From Eutreptiella sp. 'Long Island Sound 2002' (lineage: Eukaryota; Protista; Euglenida), in NCBI GenBank assembly GCA_964036045.1, contig OZ038378.1, positions 81,406,001-81,470,000 of the forward strand: a stretch of 64,000 nucleotides of DNA, read 5' to 3'. Each line of letters begins with the position of its first letter. Positions within the stretch are counted from its first letter, which is position 1. Below, in pieces: positions 11,480 to 23,344 of the stretch. Both the position numbers and the translations under genes were made by a program. The notes beneath the pieces are model-generated. The model had not been told where the DNA came from. It did not search any database and saw nothing but the letters and a program-made list of their open reading frames with translations.

Positions 11480-12561
11480 TGTCCTCCGAGCAGCGATGCC
11501 ATTCCACTGCTTGGCCGTGTCGTCACACACGGCCTCGTTGAAAATGCTCCCCACTTGGGGAGCCACGCTGATGCCCAGCAGCCGCCGGAGCCACGGCTGG
11601 TCCCCACCAAGGAGGACCTCTGCCGGCACCCAGCTGTCGCACGAGTAAAATTTTTTGCAGTTAATGATAGGTTGCAGGACCTGTGTTCATAAAAGGTGTT
11701 CATAAAACCTGTTTATAAAACGCGTTCATAATTCATAAATGGGCAGCACGGCGTTTTATGACGGCAATTCTCGAATTATGAACGCGCGAATCGTGAACAA
11801 CTTATGAACACGAAGATGCAGACTACAAACCTGTAGCACCTGAGCCCAAATTTGGCCCAAGGCAACCATATCCTTGTCCCCCGTGACGGCCAGGCCGATG
11901 ACCGATAGGAAGGCGGGTGTACGCGCCTTTAGCCCATGGTTCAATAGCCCCACCGATAGCTGCGGCCAACTGCCACCGGCGCAAGGATACCCGTCACCCT
12001 GCACCACAAAGGTGAGGGGGCGGGTCCAGTCAATAGACTAGCAAAGTGCCGGCCGGGATTGCACGTATTGTGCCCGCTACCGCAGGGGACAGCAGCGACC
12101 CGACGATGGGGGGTAGGGACGTTCCACCGGGAGGGACAACGCAAGCAGAGCGGTCAATGAGTTGCACGTTGCGTCAAATTGGTCCCGTGTGGGGATGGGC
12201 CGTGGGAGGGGCAGTCCCGTGCGGGCGGTGTAGGCGTCGCCCCGGCGGGTGATGTACTCAGACAACACTCGGAAGCCGCAGCGGGGTGCACCCAACTCCA
12301 AAAGGAGCCCTATCAGATACGGTGCGGGAAAGAGGGCCTCCGCATACGTACGGATGGCTTGCACCTTGGTTTTGTGGACCGCCGGGAGGGGAGCGCGGTG
12401 CATTGCCTCCGTAAAACGGGCCCGGATGAGGGGGGACGATGACATCCATTGGGCCAACAGGTCGGAACACTTGCTGTCCCGAAAACTGGTGGCACCACTG
12501 ACCCGAACAAGCATCATGTTCAGCTCCGTCAAGATGGAGGGAGGGTAAGACATAACAAAAT
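11480..12561 (-). pseudogene. DDE transposase N-terminal and catalytic part, with a GT-AG intron at 11681-11830
   Basis: One frame with two TAG stops: ...FVVQGDGYPCAGGSWPQLSVGLLNHG...IGLAVTGDKD...WAQVLQ|VLQPIIN...EVLLGGDQPWLRRLLGIS. The DGxP...SWP...N and D-P...L.G patterns recall CACTA/CMC (and Transib/RAG1-type) first and second catalytic Asp regions. No third acidic residue region was found, so it looks internally deleted. Confidence 0.65.
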
Positions 12562-12969
12562 CTGTGCACAAAGAAGCGTTCATAAAAGGTGTTCATAATT
12601 CATGGTTCATACATGAACCGTTCATATATGAAATATGAATTATGAAGAATACTACTTTTCATACAGGTACCAAGGATATGACCGGAAGCCGCGGAGGATT
12701 GTCCCGGTAGCAGAGGGGCGAAGGTGCATGGCACTCCCGGTGTGGTCCAAGCACCTTGCTAGGATCCAGGGAGACGACGCACCTGATCGCGTTACGGCGG
12801 GGCTGCTGTAGCTGTGTAGTTGCCGGATGGGGATGACGATGCGTCAACAGACGCCCGTCACACATTGGATACCTTAGACCTAGAGCCGGTGGTAGGGCCC
12901 AGTCAGGCGGGTAGGGATTGGTGATCGCATCGGCTTGGTGCCCCGTTCAGGCAGGAGTAGACTTCATCA

Positions 12970-14220
12970 TGGAGATAGTGCAGGACTATTCATGGAGGTT
13001 GCTGGCGAGGGGGACACCGCGCCTCCGGCCAGTGCGATGACCCCGGTTACTTGAATACCTGTCGGGAGGCCTGGACGGGCAGCCGGTTCTCGCCCCGGCG
13101 TCAACGTGGGACCAAGCGAAACGGAGCCTACTGAGTAGTGCCTCCTCTTGGGCCTTGGCGAGTACACTTCTCTGATGCCACGAGGCTTGCAATGATGTTT
13201 GGCAACACCCATGGTTTCAATGCTACGAAGGCGGATGTGTCCCCTCTGAGTCGATGCCTCAGCTGGTATGCATCGGGTGGGGCACTACGGCGCCGGTATG
13301 GGTGCAGCAATGTGCCTCTACCCCGCTATGTAAGTCATGCCGAGAGCGAGCCGGCAGGGGGCGGCCCAATGCTAGGTGGGCGCTGCGGCGTTCAGGACAA
13401 CTGTCGTCAAGGGCGTGGAGGGCAATCCAGCGAGACATATGGGAGGTATAGGTGGATGAAGTGCGCCGCCCAGATGACCCCACTGTAGTGCGTCCCTTGC
13501 TACTATGGTGTGCTGCACTGGACAGCGACTTATGGGTCCTGTGGCTCTGGCATCACAGAAGGGACCTGGCAGTTTTATACAGGGATGACTGGGTACGTGG
13601 ATGATGCAGTGTGGCCAAGCGCAGTGGTGGGTGGAATGCCTCGTGTTGTCCGTTTAGTGGATACAGCAACGGAGATGGCATATGAGACGCGACCTCGTAG
13701 TAGCCTTTGCAAGCGGCAGCGGCGAGCGTGATATACCAGCCATTGCGACGTGGCACGTCGTGCCGGACTGATAGTGCACGCTGCCGCCCCCGCATACACT
13801 GTTTGAGCAAAAGATGGCTATGTCCGCCTGGCCCAGGTTGCCGCTTACAATAGTTAGGTGTCATGGGTCGTCACCCTGTAGCGCATTCCCATGGCACCAG
13901 GGTCTGTACATGCTACCTGGCTATGGTAGTCACGGGGGTTCATCCTCGGCTTACTCCGGAGGTTCTAGATATGTATGTGTCCCCATGCCAGAGCGAACGG
14001 TGTTGGGCAAGGGCTGCGGGGAACATCTCGATACGTCGGGCTGCGCGTGGAGTTGCCGCAGCTTGGATGGCCACATGGGGTACGCAAAGGTGCTACGAGT
14101 CGATGGTAAATGGCGAGTGGAGAAGGACGTGGGCCCATAAGGCTGAGGCGGGCATTATGGCTTGGAGAGTTGTAGGTGTATGCGGTTTGGCAGTGGCGAG
14201 ATGCTGCTATGCGGGTGCCG
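12970..14220 (+). mobile_element. Decayed LINE RT fragment
   Basis: MTGYVDDAVW at 13585-13614 in ORF 13510-13731. The flanks are heavily disrupted. Confidence 0.55.
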
Positions 14221-14224
14221 CTTG

Positions 14225-14520
14225 ACCCCAAGAGCAACTCAAGGAGGTATTGGCGCGGCCCACGGGCCGCGGAAGAAACTATGTGGGGGTATAGGGGTGC
14301 CCCCCAACCCCAGGACCCACCCCGGGAGGCATCGAGGCCGCCCACAGGCCCCGGGAGAAAATCTGTGGGGGTATGGGGGTGTCCCCTAACCCCGGGACCA
14401 ACTCAAGGAGGTATAGGGGCGGCCCACGGGTCCGGGGAGCAATTCGGTTGGACTGTTCGGGTGTCCCGTGACCCCTGGAACAACTCATGGAGGTACTCGG
14501 GTGTCCCTCTGGCCCCTGAA
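14225..14520. repeat. ~82-bp degenerate tandem repeat, about 3.5 copies
   Basis: CAACTCA(A/T)GGAGGTA recurs at ~14236, 14399 and 14481, with a diverged unit at ~14319. Confidence 0.75.
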
Positions 14521-14539
14521 ACAACTAACAGGGCGTACT

Positions 14540-15930
14540 AGGGCATCCCCTAGCCCCACAAGCACATTCGAGGGACTCGGCCTGCGGGCATGTACGTAGC
14601 CTAAACGATTTACCTCTGCACACATGCCTGGTAGCACGGAGGTGGGGGCGATGGCGGTGGGCGGCGCAGAGTGAGGCACTCGCGGGTACAGGGCGTACAC
14701 AGCACCCCGTGGCCGGGCAAGGTGCGGTGGCCGTGCGAGCGGACGGTGGTACAACGCACTAGCGGTAGCAGCATGCATAGCCTTAGCGGTGATTGCAAGC
14801 TGGCAAAGCTATATAGGGGTAGAGTGGCATGAGCGGCCTATGATGTACCATTGTGCATCCTGCCTATATGAGAGGTCCACGGGGCGAGGCACAAGCCAAT
14901 GCCATAATGAGGCATGCCACGTCGTCGGTGGATGCCGAACCTGCGGATTGGCCGCCACTATGTCGGAGATGGCACAACCACGGGAGCTGACCAATCATTG
15001 CAGGTAAGGGTCAAGGATAGGCATCAGGTCAATGCATGTGGGCCAGATGGGGTCAACTTGGCTACCACAGCCCGGGGCGAACCTCTGCTATAGGGGGTCG
15101 ATAACCGAGGTACGGCATCCACCAGCCCAAATCCAGTCACCGATATTCACGGGATGTGCCTCTCATATTGCGCGGTGGCTGGCATCCCCGCTGTAGACCT
15201 TGGTGTTATGTTATACGAGAGTATGTGTATGTACAATTACCACGGGTGAGCTCAGGTAACTAACTGCCTTGGGGAGAGGCACACAGTCCTATATATGTGG
15301 GGTCCAATGGGGGGGTAGCATTGGCGCGGCTGCCAGCTATTGGTGGCAACAAAATGTTACCGTGTGCATACATACGATGATGTACATTTGTCTGGGGGTG
15401 CAGAAGAGGTGCCCGGGGTGGGCTCACAATACTGATGGCCTTTGCAATGCGGACAAGGGGGGGATGAAGGGACAGGGCCAAGCTAGGCTAGAACTCCCCA
15501 GAAACCTTGGCTACACGTCCGTGGACTTTTGCATGTGCGGTACCGGTTGCAAGGTGCATCTCGGCCGAGGGGAGGAAACGACAGGGGACATCAAGGGAGG
15601 ACACCATGACCGGGCTTGCTCTTGCTTTGCTGCATGCACGCTGCTTTGTTTCTTGGTTGCTGCATCGCACCCATAGGAGGCGCCCTCGCTTGCTGCTTGT
15701 TGCTATGTTGTTGTCATGCTATGCCTTGCCCCATTACCCCTGGTGACCCAATGGGGCACCGCTCGTCGCCGTTGCTAATGCTAACGGTCTGCAGTTGCCA
15801 CTGCCCCCCAAGCCTGGTTGGCCAGTATCCCCGGTCCTCTGGAACCTCCATCATGTTGTGGGCCACCCTAGGCAGCCCTGGGACCCACCAAATCGAGCAA
15901 AGTAAGAACCACCTGTTGCTGCGAGATGCC
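14540..15930 (-). mobile_element. Old LINE fragment (RT thumb, RNase H end, Cys cluster)
   Basis: VRIAKAISIVSPPRAPLLHP (15260-15481) resembles family 2 VARRALYLPLKTPRAFIY. A WLCHLRHSG..DDVA pattern lies near 14900-15000, and CTPCTREC near 14690. Confidence 0.4.
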
Positions 15931-15994
15931 CGGTAACTCCAATAGTCGGCATGATAAGTGGTTATGACTATGACTATGACGATGTATGTACATA

Positions 15995-18088
15995 TGTGCT
16001 GGCTCTGCAATGTGGTGTCGGTGTCCTGCCCCCCTCTGCCTTAATCTTTGTTATGTGTGACAACCAGCAAGCTGCTATAAAATTAGCACACAGGGTCCTC
16101 ACGCACAAGCCGAGCAACCCGATGGATAGGGTGGTAGCTGGCCTGGTTCAGATAGATACCACTGGTCGGGTGCTCATAGCATGGCTACCAGCAGAACACG
16201 ACACACACAGTCACACGGTGCTGGCACAGGTCAACAGATTTGTGGATGCTCGAGCAAAACAAGCAGTATCACACCCTGACGCGCCTATGTGGACGTGGCC
16301 GTCGGTGTGGTGTGATATGGACACCTTGGTGGGGTACAAGGGTGGGGCTCCTATGATGAATGTAAAGGCCGCCTGCAAGGAGCTCCCCATCGTAGTACCC
16401 CCCCACTCCACTAAACAATTGGTCGCCCCGAATTTGGTGACAACGGTGCCATGCCATCAGGATGTAGCCAGGTGGTGGCGACCTGCAAAGATATTGCACC
16501 CAACACAGAAAGCGGTCGCCCTGCTGGTGGCTTTTTACCGCATCTTGGAGCCTCTGTACTTGGGGTTAGAGGGGGAAGGGGTCCGCCAGCGCTGTCTCGG
16601 TGCTTATAGCTGTAGTCTCCTCCACCAGTTGAAATGCTCATCAGGGTTCTGGACCTCATGGCACTCATAGCGGACATGCTGACACGCACGGCCTTGCCAC
16701 GGGTGGTGGTCGAGACGTACTGGGCGGGGCTCCCGTGTCCAAGGCTGCATGTCCGCAGCTATTAATCACGTGGGCAGCCTAGGAGCATGCGCATGTTCAT
16801 TACATGTCGGTGACCCCACCCAGCTAGCCCCTATACCTTGCTGCCATGCCCCCATCGCACATTGTTTCTCGACTGGGCTATCTCCTGTCCATGTCTGGGG
16901 TGGGGGCCGTGAGGCTGATCGTGCAGTGCTGTGGCCACCTCCTGTTGCCACCTCAGTGCTGGCCACAGGCCCGGCCCTTCGGAGGTTTGCCAGTATGGGA
17001 GAACACTGCCACGTGGATGTGCAGCATACCCTGAGCAATTGCCCCTTCCCACAGTGACTGCCCCGGAATGGCGATGCATGTTCCACTGGTGTGGGCGCTA
17101 ATGACAGTGTGCCCTGTTCTGAAATTATCTTTAGGGCATCAGCAGGATGGGGCCCAGCCGAAGCTAGCGTGTGGTTTACCGACAGGCAGCCAACGCTATG
17201 TCTTGGGTGCGGCCCCCCAATTTTTGTCTGTCTCGCTAGCTGAGGCAATGACATACAAATGGTGTGCCCCATTTTTGACAGCATACTGGTCCGCCGAGAG
17301 CGTTCCCCCCCTGCCCCACAGTGGTCTCACCCAAGGGGGGGGTTCTTGCAGTGGAGCGCGCCTGTGAGTGCTGGGGTTGAGGTTGTCAAGACTGCCAGGG
17401 GACCACTGGCTGAACACTAGTGGTCCACGCTGCTCTGTGCGCTCAGTGCTGCTTGATAAATCTCCTGCATTTCGTGGATGGGGTGGCAAAGGTGGACATC
17501 GCAGCCAGGACAAGGGGCGGGAACGTGACCGCCTCCGTTTCAAGGACAAATACCATGGGCCCCAGATCGAGACTGGAGGGGTACGAAAGGATGGCAGTGG
17601 TGATGCTGACAACCCATACAACAAGGAAATAATATAGTCAGACAAGCCGAGTCAATTGTTGCCTAAGCATGCATGCACGGCGTGCCTATATCATCACTCC
17701 CCAGGGAGTGCAAGCCCCTCAGAGGCGCGACACTGAGCAGTGGCTCAATGTGTGCTACAGGTAGGCAGCTCAGTAAGTCGAGTATGACCGGCCTCCTTCC
17801 CTGCATATTTCCTACTCGTAGGCAGTGATACTCCGTCATCCTCCCTCGATGTGTGTTCTCCGTGTGGAGAACCTGTTTGACATGAAATACTCCACCAATC
17901 AGTTGCAACTCAGTGAGACACATGGTGCTGTCACAGGCGAATATCGGATCGGATGCGGAGGTATAGCAACAACACTAGCCACAACACACAATTGAGGGGA
18001 ACACCAACTGGCTAGGCACAAGCTTCACGGGTCTTGGGCAGGCGGTGTTGCGAGCCACAAATCAACCGACATCCGATCCGATCCGATC

Positions 18089-18089
<1 letters not shown>
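15995..18089 (+). mobile_element. LINE family A, 5'-truncated copy (RNase H, C-terminus, 3' UTR, (CCGAT)n tail)
   Basis: Homologous to 20957-23020. Motifs MCDN, WLPAEHD and VNRFVD in ORF 15951-16670. Ends CATCCGATCCGATCCGATCC immediately before (TAC)n. Confidence 0.85.
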
Positions 18090-18138
<49 letters not shown>

Positions 18139-18382
18139 GCTGCTTTTGCTGCTGCTGCTGCTGTTGCTGCTGTTGGTGGTGGTGGTGCTGCTGGTGCTGC
18201 TGGTGCTGGTGGTGCTGGTGCTGGTGCTGCTGGTGCTGCTGGTGCTGGTGCTGCTGGTGCTGGTGCTGCTGGTGCTGGTGCCGGTGCTGGTGCTGGTGCT
18301 GCTGGTGCTGGTGCTGCTGATGCTGGTGCTGGTGCTAGTGCTGGTGCTGGTGCTGCTGGTGCTGCTGGTGCTGCTGCTGCTG

Positions 18383-18420
<38 letters not shown>

Positions 18421-18425
18421 ACTAT

Positions 18426-18514
<89 letters not shown>

Positions 18515-19410
18515 ACTACTAACTACTAACTACTAACTACTAACTACTAACTACTAACTACTAACCACTAACTACCAACTATACTAACTACCAACTACGA
18601 ACTACTAACTAACAACCACCAACTACCAACTACTAACCACTAACTACTAACTACTAACTACTAACTACTAACTACTAACTACCAACTAACTACTAACTAC
18701 TACCTATGAACTAACTACTAAATCCTAAGTACTAACTACTAACCACTAACTACTAACTACTCACTACTAACTACCAACTACTAACTATTAACTACTAACT
18801 ACTAACTACTAACCACTAATACCAACTATACTAACTACCAACTACGAACTACTAACTAACAACCACCAACTACTAACTACTAACCACTAACTACTAACTA
18901 CTAACTACTAACTACTAACTACTAACTACTAACTACTAACTACTAACTAACTACTAACTACTACCTATGAACTAACTACTAAATGCTAAGTACTGACTAC
19001 TAACCACTAACTACTAACTACTCACTACTAACTACCAACTACCAACTACTAACTACTAACTACTAACTACTAAATACTAACTACTAACTACTAGCTACTA
19101 ACTACTACCTATAAACTAACTACTAGCTGCTAACTACTAACCACTAACTACGAACTACTAACTACCAACTAACTACTAACTACTACCTAGTAACTACGAG
19201 CTACGAACTACTACTAACTACTAACTGCTAACTACTAACTGCTAACTACTATCTACTAACTACTTACTACTAATTGCCAATTACGACTACACTACTAACT
19301 ACAAACTACAATACTAACTATATACCACCACCACCACCACCACCACCACCACTACTACTACAATTGCTACTACTATTGCTACCACCACCATTTCCACTAC
19401 CACTACCACT
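18089..19410. repeat. Compound microsatellite: (CTA)n, (CTG/GTG)n, then a (CTAACTA)n heptamer array with a ~250-bp internal duplication, then (CCA)n
   Basis: Read directly. The variant block AACCACTAA..TACCAACTATACTAACTACCAACTACGAAC recurs at ~18563 and ~18811. Confidence 0.95.
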
Positions 19411-19419
19411 ACAACTACC

Positions 19420-22400
19420 AATGTTTGTTGCCATGCATGTACCCTGTAGGAAGCAATACGGTGTCATACTAAATCAATGTACCCACCCAACCATTGGTAC
19501 GTTTGCATGCCTACGCATTCGTCAAAAAAGAGTCTTCTGCCGTATTGAAAGGGTCACAGACCCGTAGGACCTCAGCGAGTTTCAACATGCTGCCCTCCGG
19601 GCTTGTCATGTGTGCAGTTGCGTCCGTTAGTCCAGAATGTCTTTCTCCTTGGCGCCCAGCGATCCCCCCAAGTGCTCGCCGTATTCCTAGAGTTGTCCAA
19701 TGGATATGGGCAAATGGACAGGGAATGCGCCAGGTTGCAGACGGTCGACCATCCCACAATGGCCAGTGCAGTCAAACAACAGTTAGCCCTGTATACACGG
19801 CTCCTAGTACATGTGACCACAGCATATGGAATGTCTCTGCCTTATCACATCACGCATGGCATAGTGCAGGGGGGCGGAATGGATCCATACATGTACATAT
19901 GGGGATCGCTGTTGCTGTGGCACAAGCTTAAGCTGCGTGTGGTGCGGGTCCTTCTGCTACTCCACACAGCAGAGGTCATGGTCATGCAGGCGCAAGCGGT
20001 GATGGACGACACCACGGTGTGGGCCGCGTCCCCACAGAATGTGCTGAGGTCATGCGTATAGTGTAGGCACTCCTTGGTTGAAATGCTGCCTGCAATGCGC
20101 AAAAATTTGACCTGATGCATGTGATGGCATGTGACGGGTCACTGAAACTCGGCCGGTTAGCCATCTCTGTGGATGACCATGTCATGCGAGTAGCCTCAGC
20201 ATCAGACTACATCAAGCTGTTGGGTGGCAATGCCAACCCAGGGTAAAAGGGGAAGCAGGACTTACAAAGAGTCCGCAAAGAGGCACGAAGAGCGCTCAGT
20301 AGACTCAGGGCCAATACCCCGTCTCTCCCCACCATTCAAGCGGTGCTGTCCTCATGAAGTGGGTAACCAAGAGAATAGCACTCTAGCCTCACCTCCTGAT
20401 GGCCCCGAATGCTGCGGCGGATGAGTGCCGTGCCATGCAAGCCATCGTGTCCAACGTAGTGCGCCGGGTGCTCAAGCTGCCGCTGCGGACACCTACAGCC
20501 TTCATGCTTCACCAAAGAGGCATGCAGATGCCCCAGCTCAAAGACCTGGTCACACTACAGGCGGTAGTTGAAATTACCAGGGCGGCAAACTCAAGGCATC
20601 GGAAGGTCCGTGCATCCACGCAAACACTCATCCTACACGCATTCCAGGAGCACCCTCCCTTGCTTCTCCGTGGCAGTGATTATGACTAGCTGAGAACGTG
20701 GTGTGAGAGGGCTGGATGGGCCCCCCATCTCTGGTATGCAGGCCATGCAGGTGACGGATGGCAATGGGTGACGTCCACCCAAGCTCCACAGTGCGCCACA
20801 TATGCGGTAATCGTGGATGTCGGTGGTAGCCCATGTCAAACCCGGTGGGGCCTTGTGTATGCGGTATGTACACCGGCGGGTGCAATACTTGACTTGGGGT
20901 GGGCTCGCTTCGGGTGTCATAGTTCCAGCACCATGTTTTTTGAGGCCACGGCAGTTGTGCTGGCTCTGCAAAGTGCTGTTGGTGTCCTGCCCCCCTCTGC
21001 CATAATCTTTGGTATGTGTGACAGCCAGAAGGCTGCTATAAAATTAGCACACAGGGTCCTCACGCACAAGCCGGGCAACCTGATGGATAGGGTGGTAGCC
21101 GGCCTGGTTCATATAGATACCAGCGGTCTGGTGCTCATAGCATGGCCACCAGCAGAACACGACACACACAGCCAGACAGTGCTGGCACAGGTCGACACAT
21201 TTGTGGATGCTCGAGCGAAACAAGCAGTAACACACCCTGGCGTTCCTATATGGACGTGGCCGTCGGTGTGGTGTGATGTGGACACCAAGGTGTGGTACAA
21301 GGGTCGGGCTCCTGTGATGAATGTAAAGGCTGCCTGCAAGAAACTCCCCAACAGCCCAGTACCCCCCCTCCTCCACTGAGCAATTGGTCGCCCCAAATTT
21401 GGTGAAAGCGGTGCCATGCCATCACAATGTAGCCAGGTGGTGGCGGGCCGCAAAGATGTTGCACCCAACAGAGAAAGCGGCCGCCCTGCTGATGGCTTTT
21501 TACCGCAACCTAGAGCCTCTGTACTTGGGGTTAGAGGGGGAAGGGGTCTGCCAGCTGGGTGCTTTCAGCTGTGGTCCCCGCCACCGGTGTGTAGAGTGTC
21601 CTACAATGCTCATCGCGGCTTTGGACCTCATGGCACTCATAGCGGACATGCTGATACGCGGGGCCTTGCCAGGGGTGTTGGTCGAGACGTGCTTGGCGGG
21701 GTGCCTGCTGTCCAAGGCTGCATGTCCGCAGCTATTAATCACGTGGGCAGCCTAGGAGCATGCGCATGTTCATTACATGTTAGTGAGCCCAGCCACCGGA
21801 CCCCTATACCTCGCGGCCATGCCCCCATCGCACATTGTTTCTGGACTAGGCTCTCTCCTGTCCATGTCTGGGGTGGGGGTGGCGAGCGTGATCCTGCAGT
21901 GTTGTGGCCACTTCGTGCTGCCACCTCAGTGCTGGCCACAGGCCCGGCCCTTCACAGGCCTGCCAACATGGGAGAACACTGCCATGTGGATGTGTAGCAT
22001 ACCCTGTACAACTGCCCCCTGCCACAGTGACTACCCTGGAATGGCGATGCCTGTGTCAGTGGTGTGAGCGCTAATGACTGTGTGCCCTGGTCTGAAGTTA
22101 GCCTTATCGCATTAGTAGGATGGAGCCCAACCGAAGCTAGCGTGTGGTGTACCCACAGGCAGCCGGCCCTATGTCCTGGGTGCAGCCCCCCATTTTTGTC
22201 CTGCCTCGCCAGCTGGGGCAATGCTGTACAAATGGTGTGTCAGCTTTCTGCAGCATACTGGTCCGCCGAGAGCGTTCCCCCCCTGCCCCACAGTTGTGCC
22301 ACCAAAGGGAGGGGCGGGTCCTGGAGTGGTGCGCGCCTGTGAGTGCTGGGGTTGAGGTGTTCATGACTGCCAGGGGACCACTGGCAGGACACTGGTCGTC

Positions 22401-23020
22401 CACGCTGCTACGTGCGCTGCATGATGTGTGATAAATCTCTTGCACGTTCTAGATGGGGTGGCAAAGGTGGAGATCGCAGCCAGGACAGGGGGCAGGAACG
22501 TGACCGCCTCCGTTTCAAGGGCAATACCATGGGCCCCAAGATCGAGACTGGAGGGGTGGCAAAGGATGGCAGTGGTGATGCACACAATCCATACAGTAAG
22601 CGAATGAAAAAGTCAGAAAGGCAGAGTCAATTCTTGCCTAATCATGCATGCACGGCGTGCCTATATCAACACTCCCCAGTGAGCGCAAGCCCCTCAATGG
22701 CGCGACATTGAGCAGTGGCTCAAGTTGTGATACAGTGACACACATGGTGCAGTCACAAGCGAATATCGGATCGGATGCATTCGTCCATTGCCTGTGTCTG
22801 CCAGTGCCTCTTTCTTGAGATGCCGTGAGGTATGGGTATAGGTGGTCATGGGTTTGAAGGAACAGCACGGGCAATAGCAAAATGCAAGAGGCACAGCAAC
22901 AACATTGGTCACAGTGGACAAGGGAGGGGAACGCCAACTGGCTGGGCACAAGCAGCAGGGGTGTCGGGCAGGTGGTGTTGCGAGCCGCAAATCAACCGAC
23001 ATCCGATCGGATCCGATCCC
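19420..23020 (+). mobile_element. LINE family A, longer copy (RT, RNase H, C-terminus, (CCGAT)n tail)
   Basis: HGIVQGGGMDPYMY and QAVMDDTT in 19603-20061. RNase H IVD...FFEAT...MCDS...WPPAEHD...FVD in 20768-21379. Tail at 23000-23020. Confidence 0.85.
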
Positions 23021-23130
23021 TACCACTACCACCACAACTAGCACTACCCACTGCACACTACCCCACTACCCCACTATCCCACTACCAACTGCCCACTACC
23101 CAATACCCACTACCCACTACCCAATACCCT
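23020..23130. repeat. (CTACCCA)n-type heptamer repeat; another block at 24838-24910 follows (CTC)n
   Basis: Read directly. Confidence 0.85.
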
Positions 23131-23344
23131 AGTGACTTGACACCATTATACAAAGCCTCAGGACGGTAGCTGTGCGACAGATTACCCACACGCACTGCCG
23201 AGCGTGAAATCGGTTGTGGTTCTCTGTGTGTCTGCCCTGTGTCAAGCCGGGCCCAATCGGCCCGCCAACCGTCCAAGACGCCTCCCTGGGCCACAAATGT
23301 GGCCCTATGGGGGAGAGACGCACCTACGTGGCTCCCCCCAACGC

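Larger units (their letters stand above)
8873..12676 (-). mobile_element. 3.8-kb TIR DNA transposon, CMC/EnSpm(CACTA)-like, defective
   Basis: 35-bp TIRs match at 29/35 (CCCTTGGCGCCTGTATGAAAGGTAGTTTTGTTCAT vs rc TCCTTGGTACCTGTATGAAAAGTAGTATTCTTCAT). TA lies on both flanks (8871-72, 12677-78), and the reconstructed empty site restores the host frame. Subterminal GTTCAT/ATGAAC arrays and an internal DDE-like gene are present. Confidence 0.85.

Noticed and set aside
18034-18529. Poly-amino-acid ORFs (also 35345-36340, 43642-44015, 52944-54901, 57759-58292)
   Set aside because: They are open frames through triplet microsatellites and have no other coding signal.
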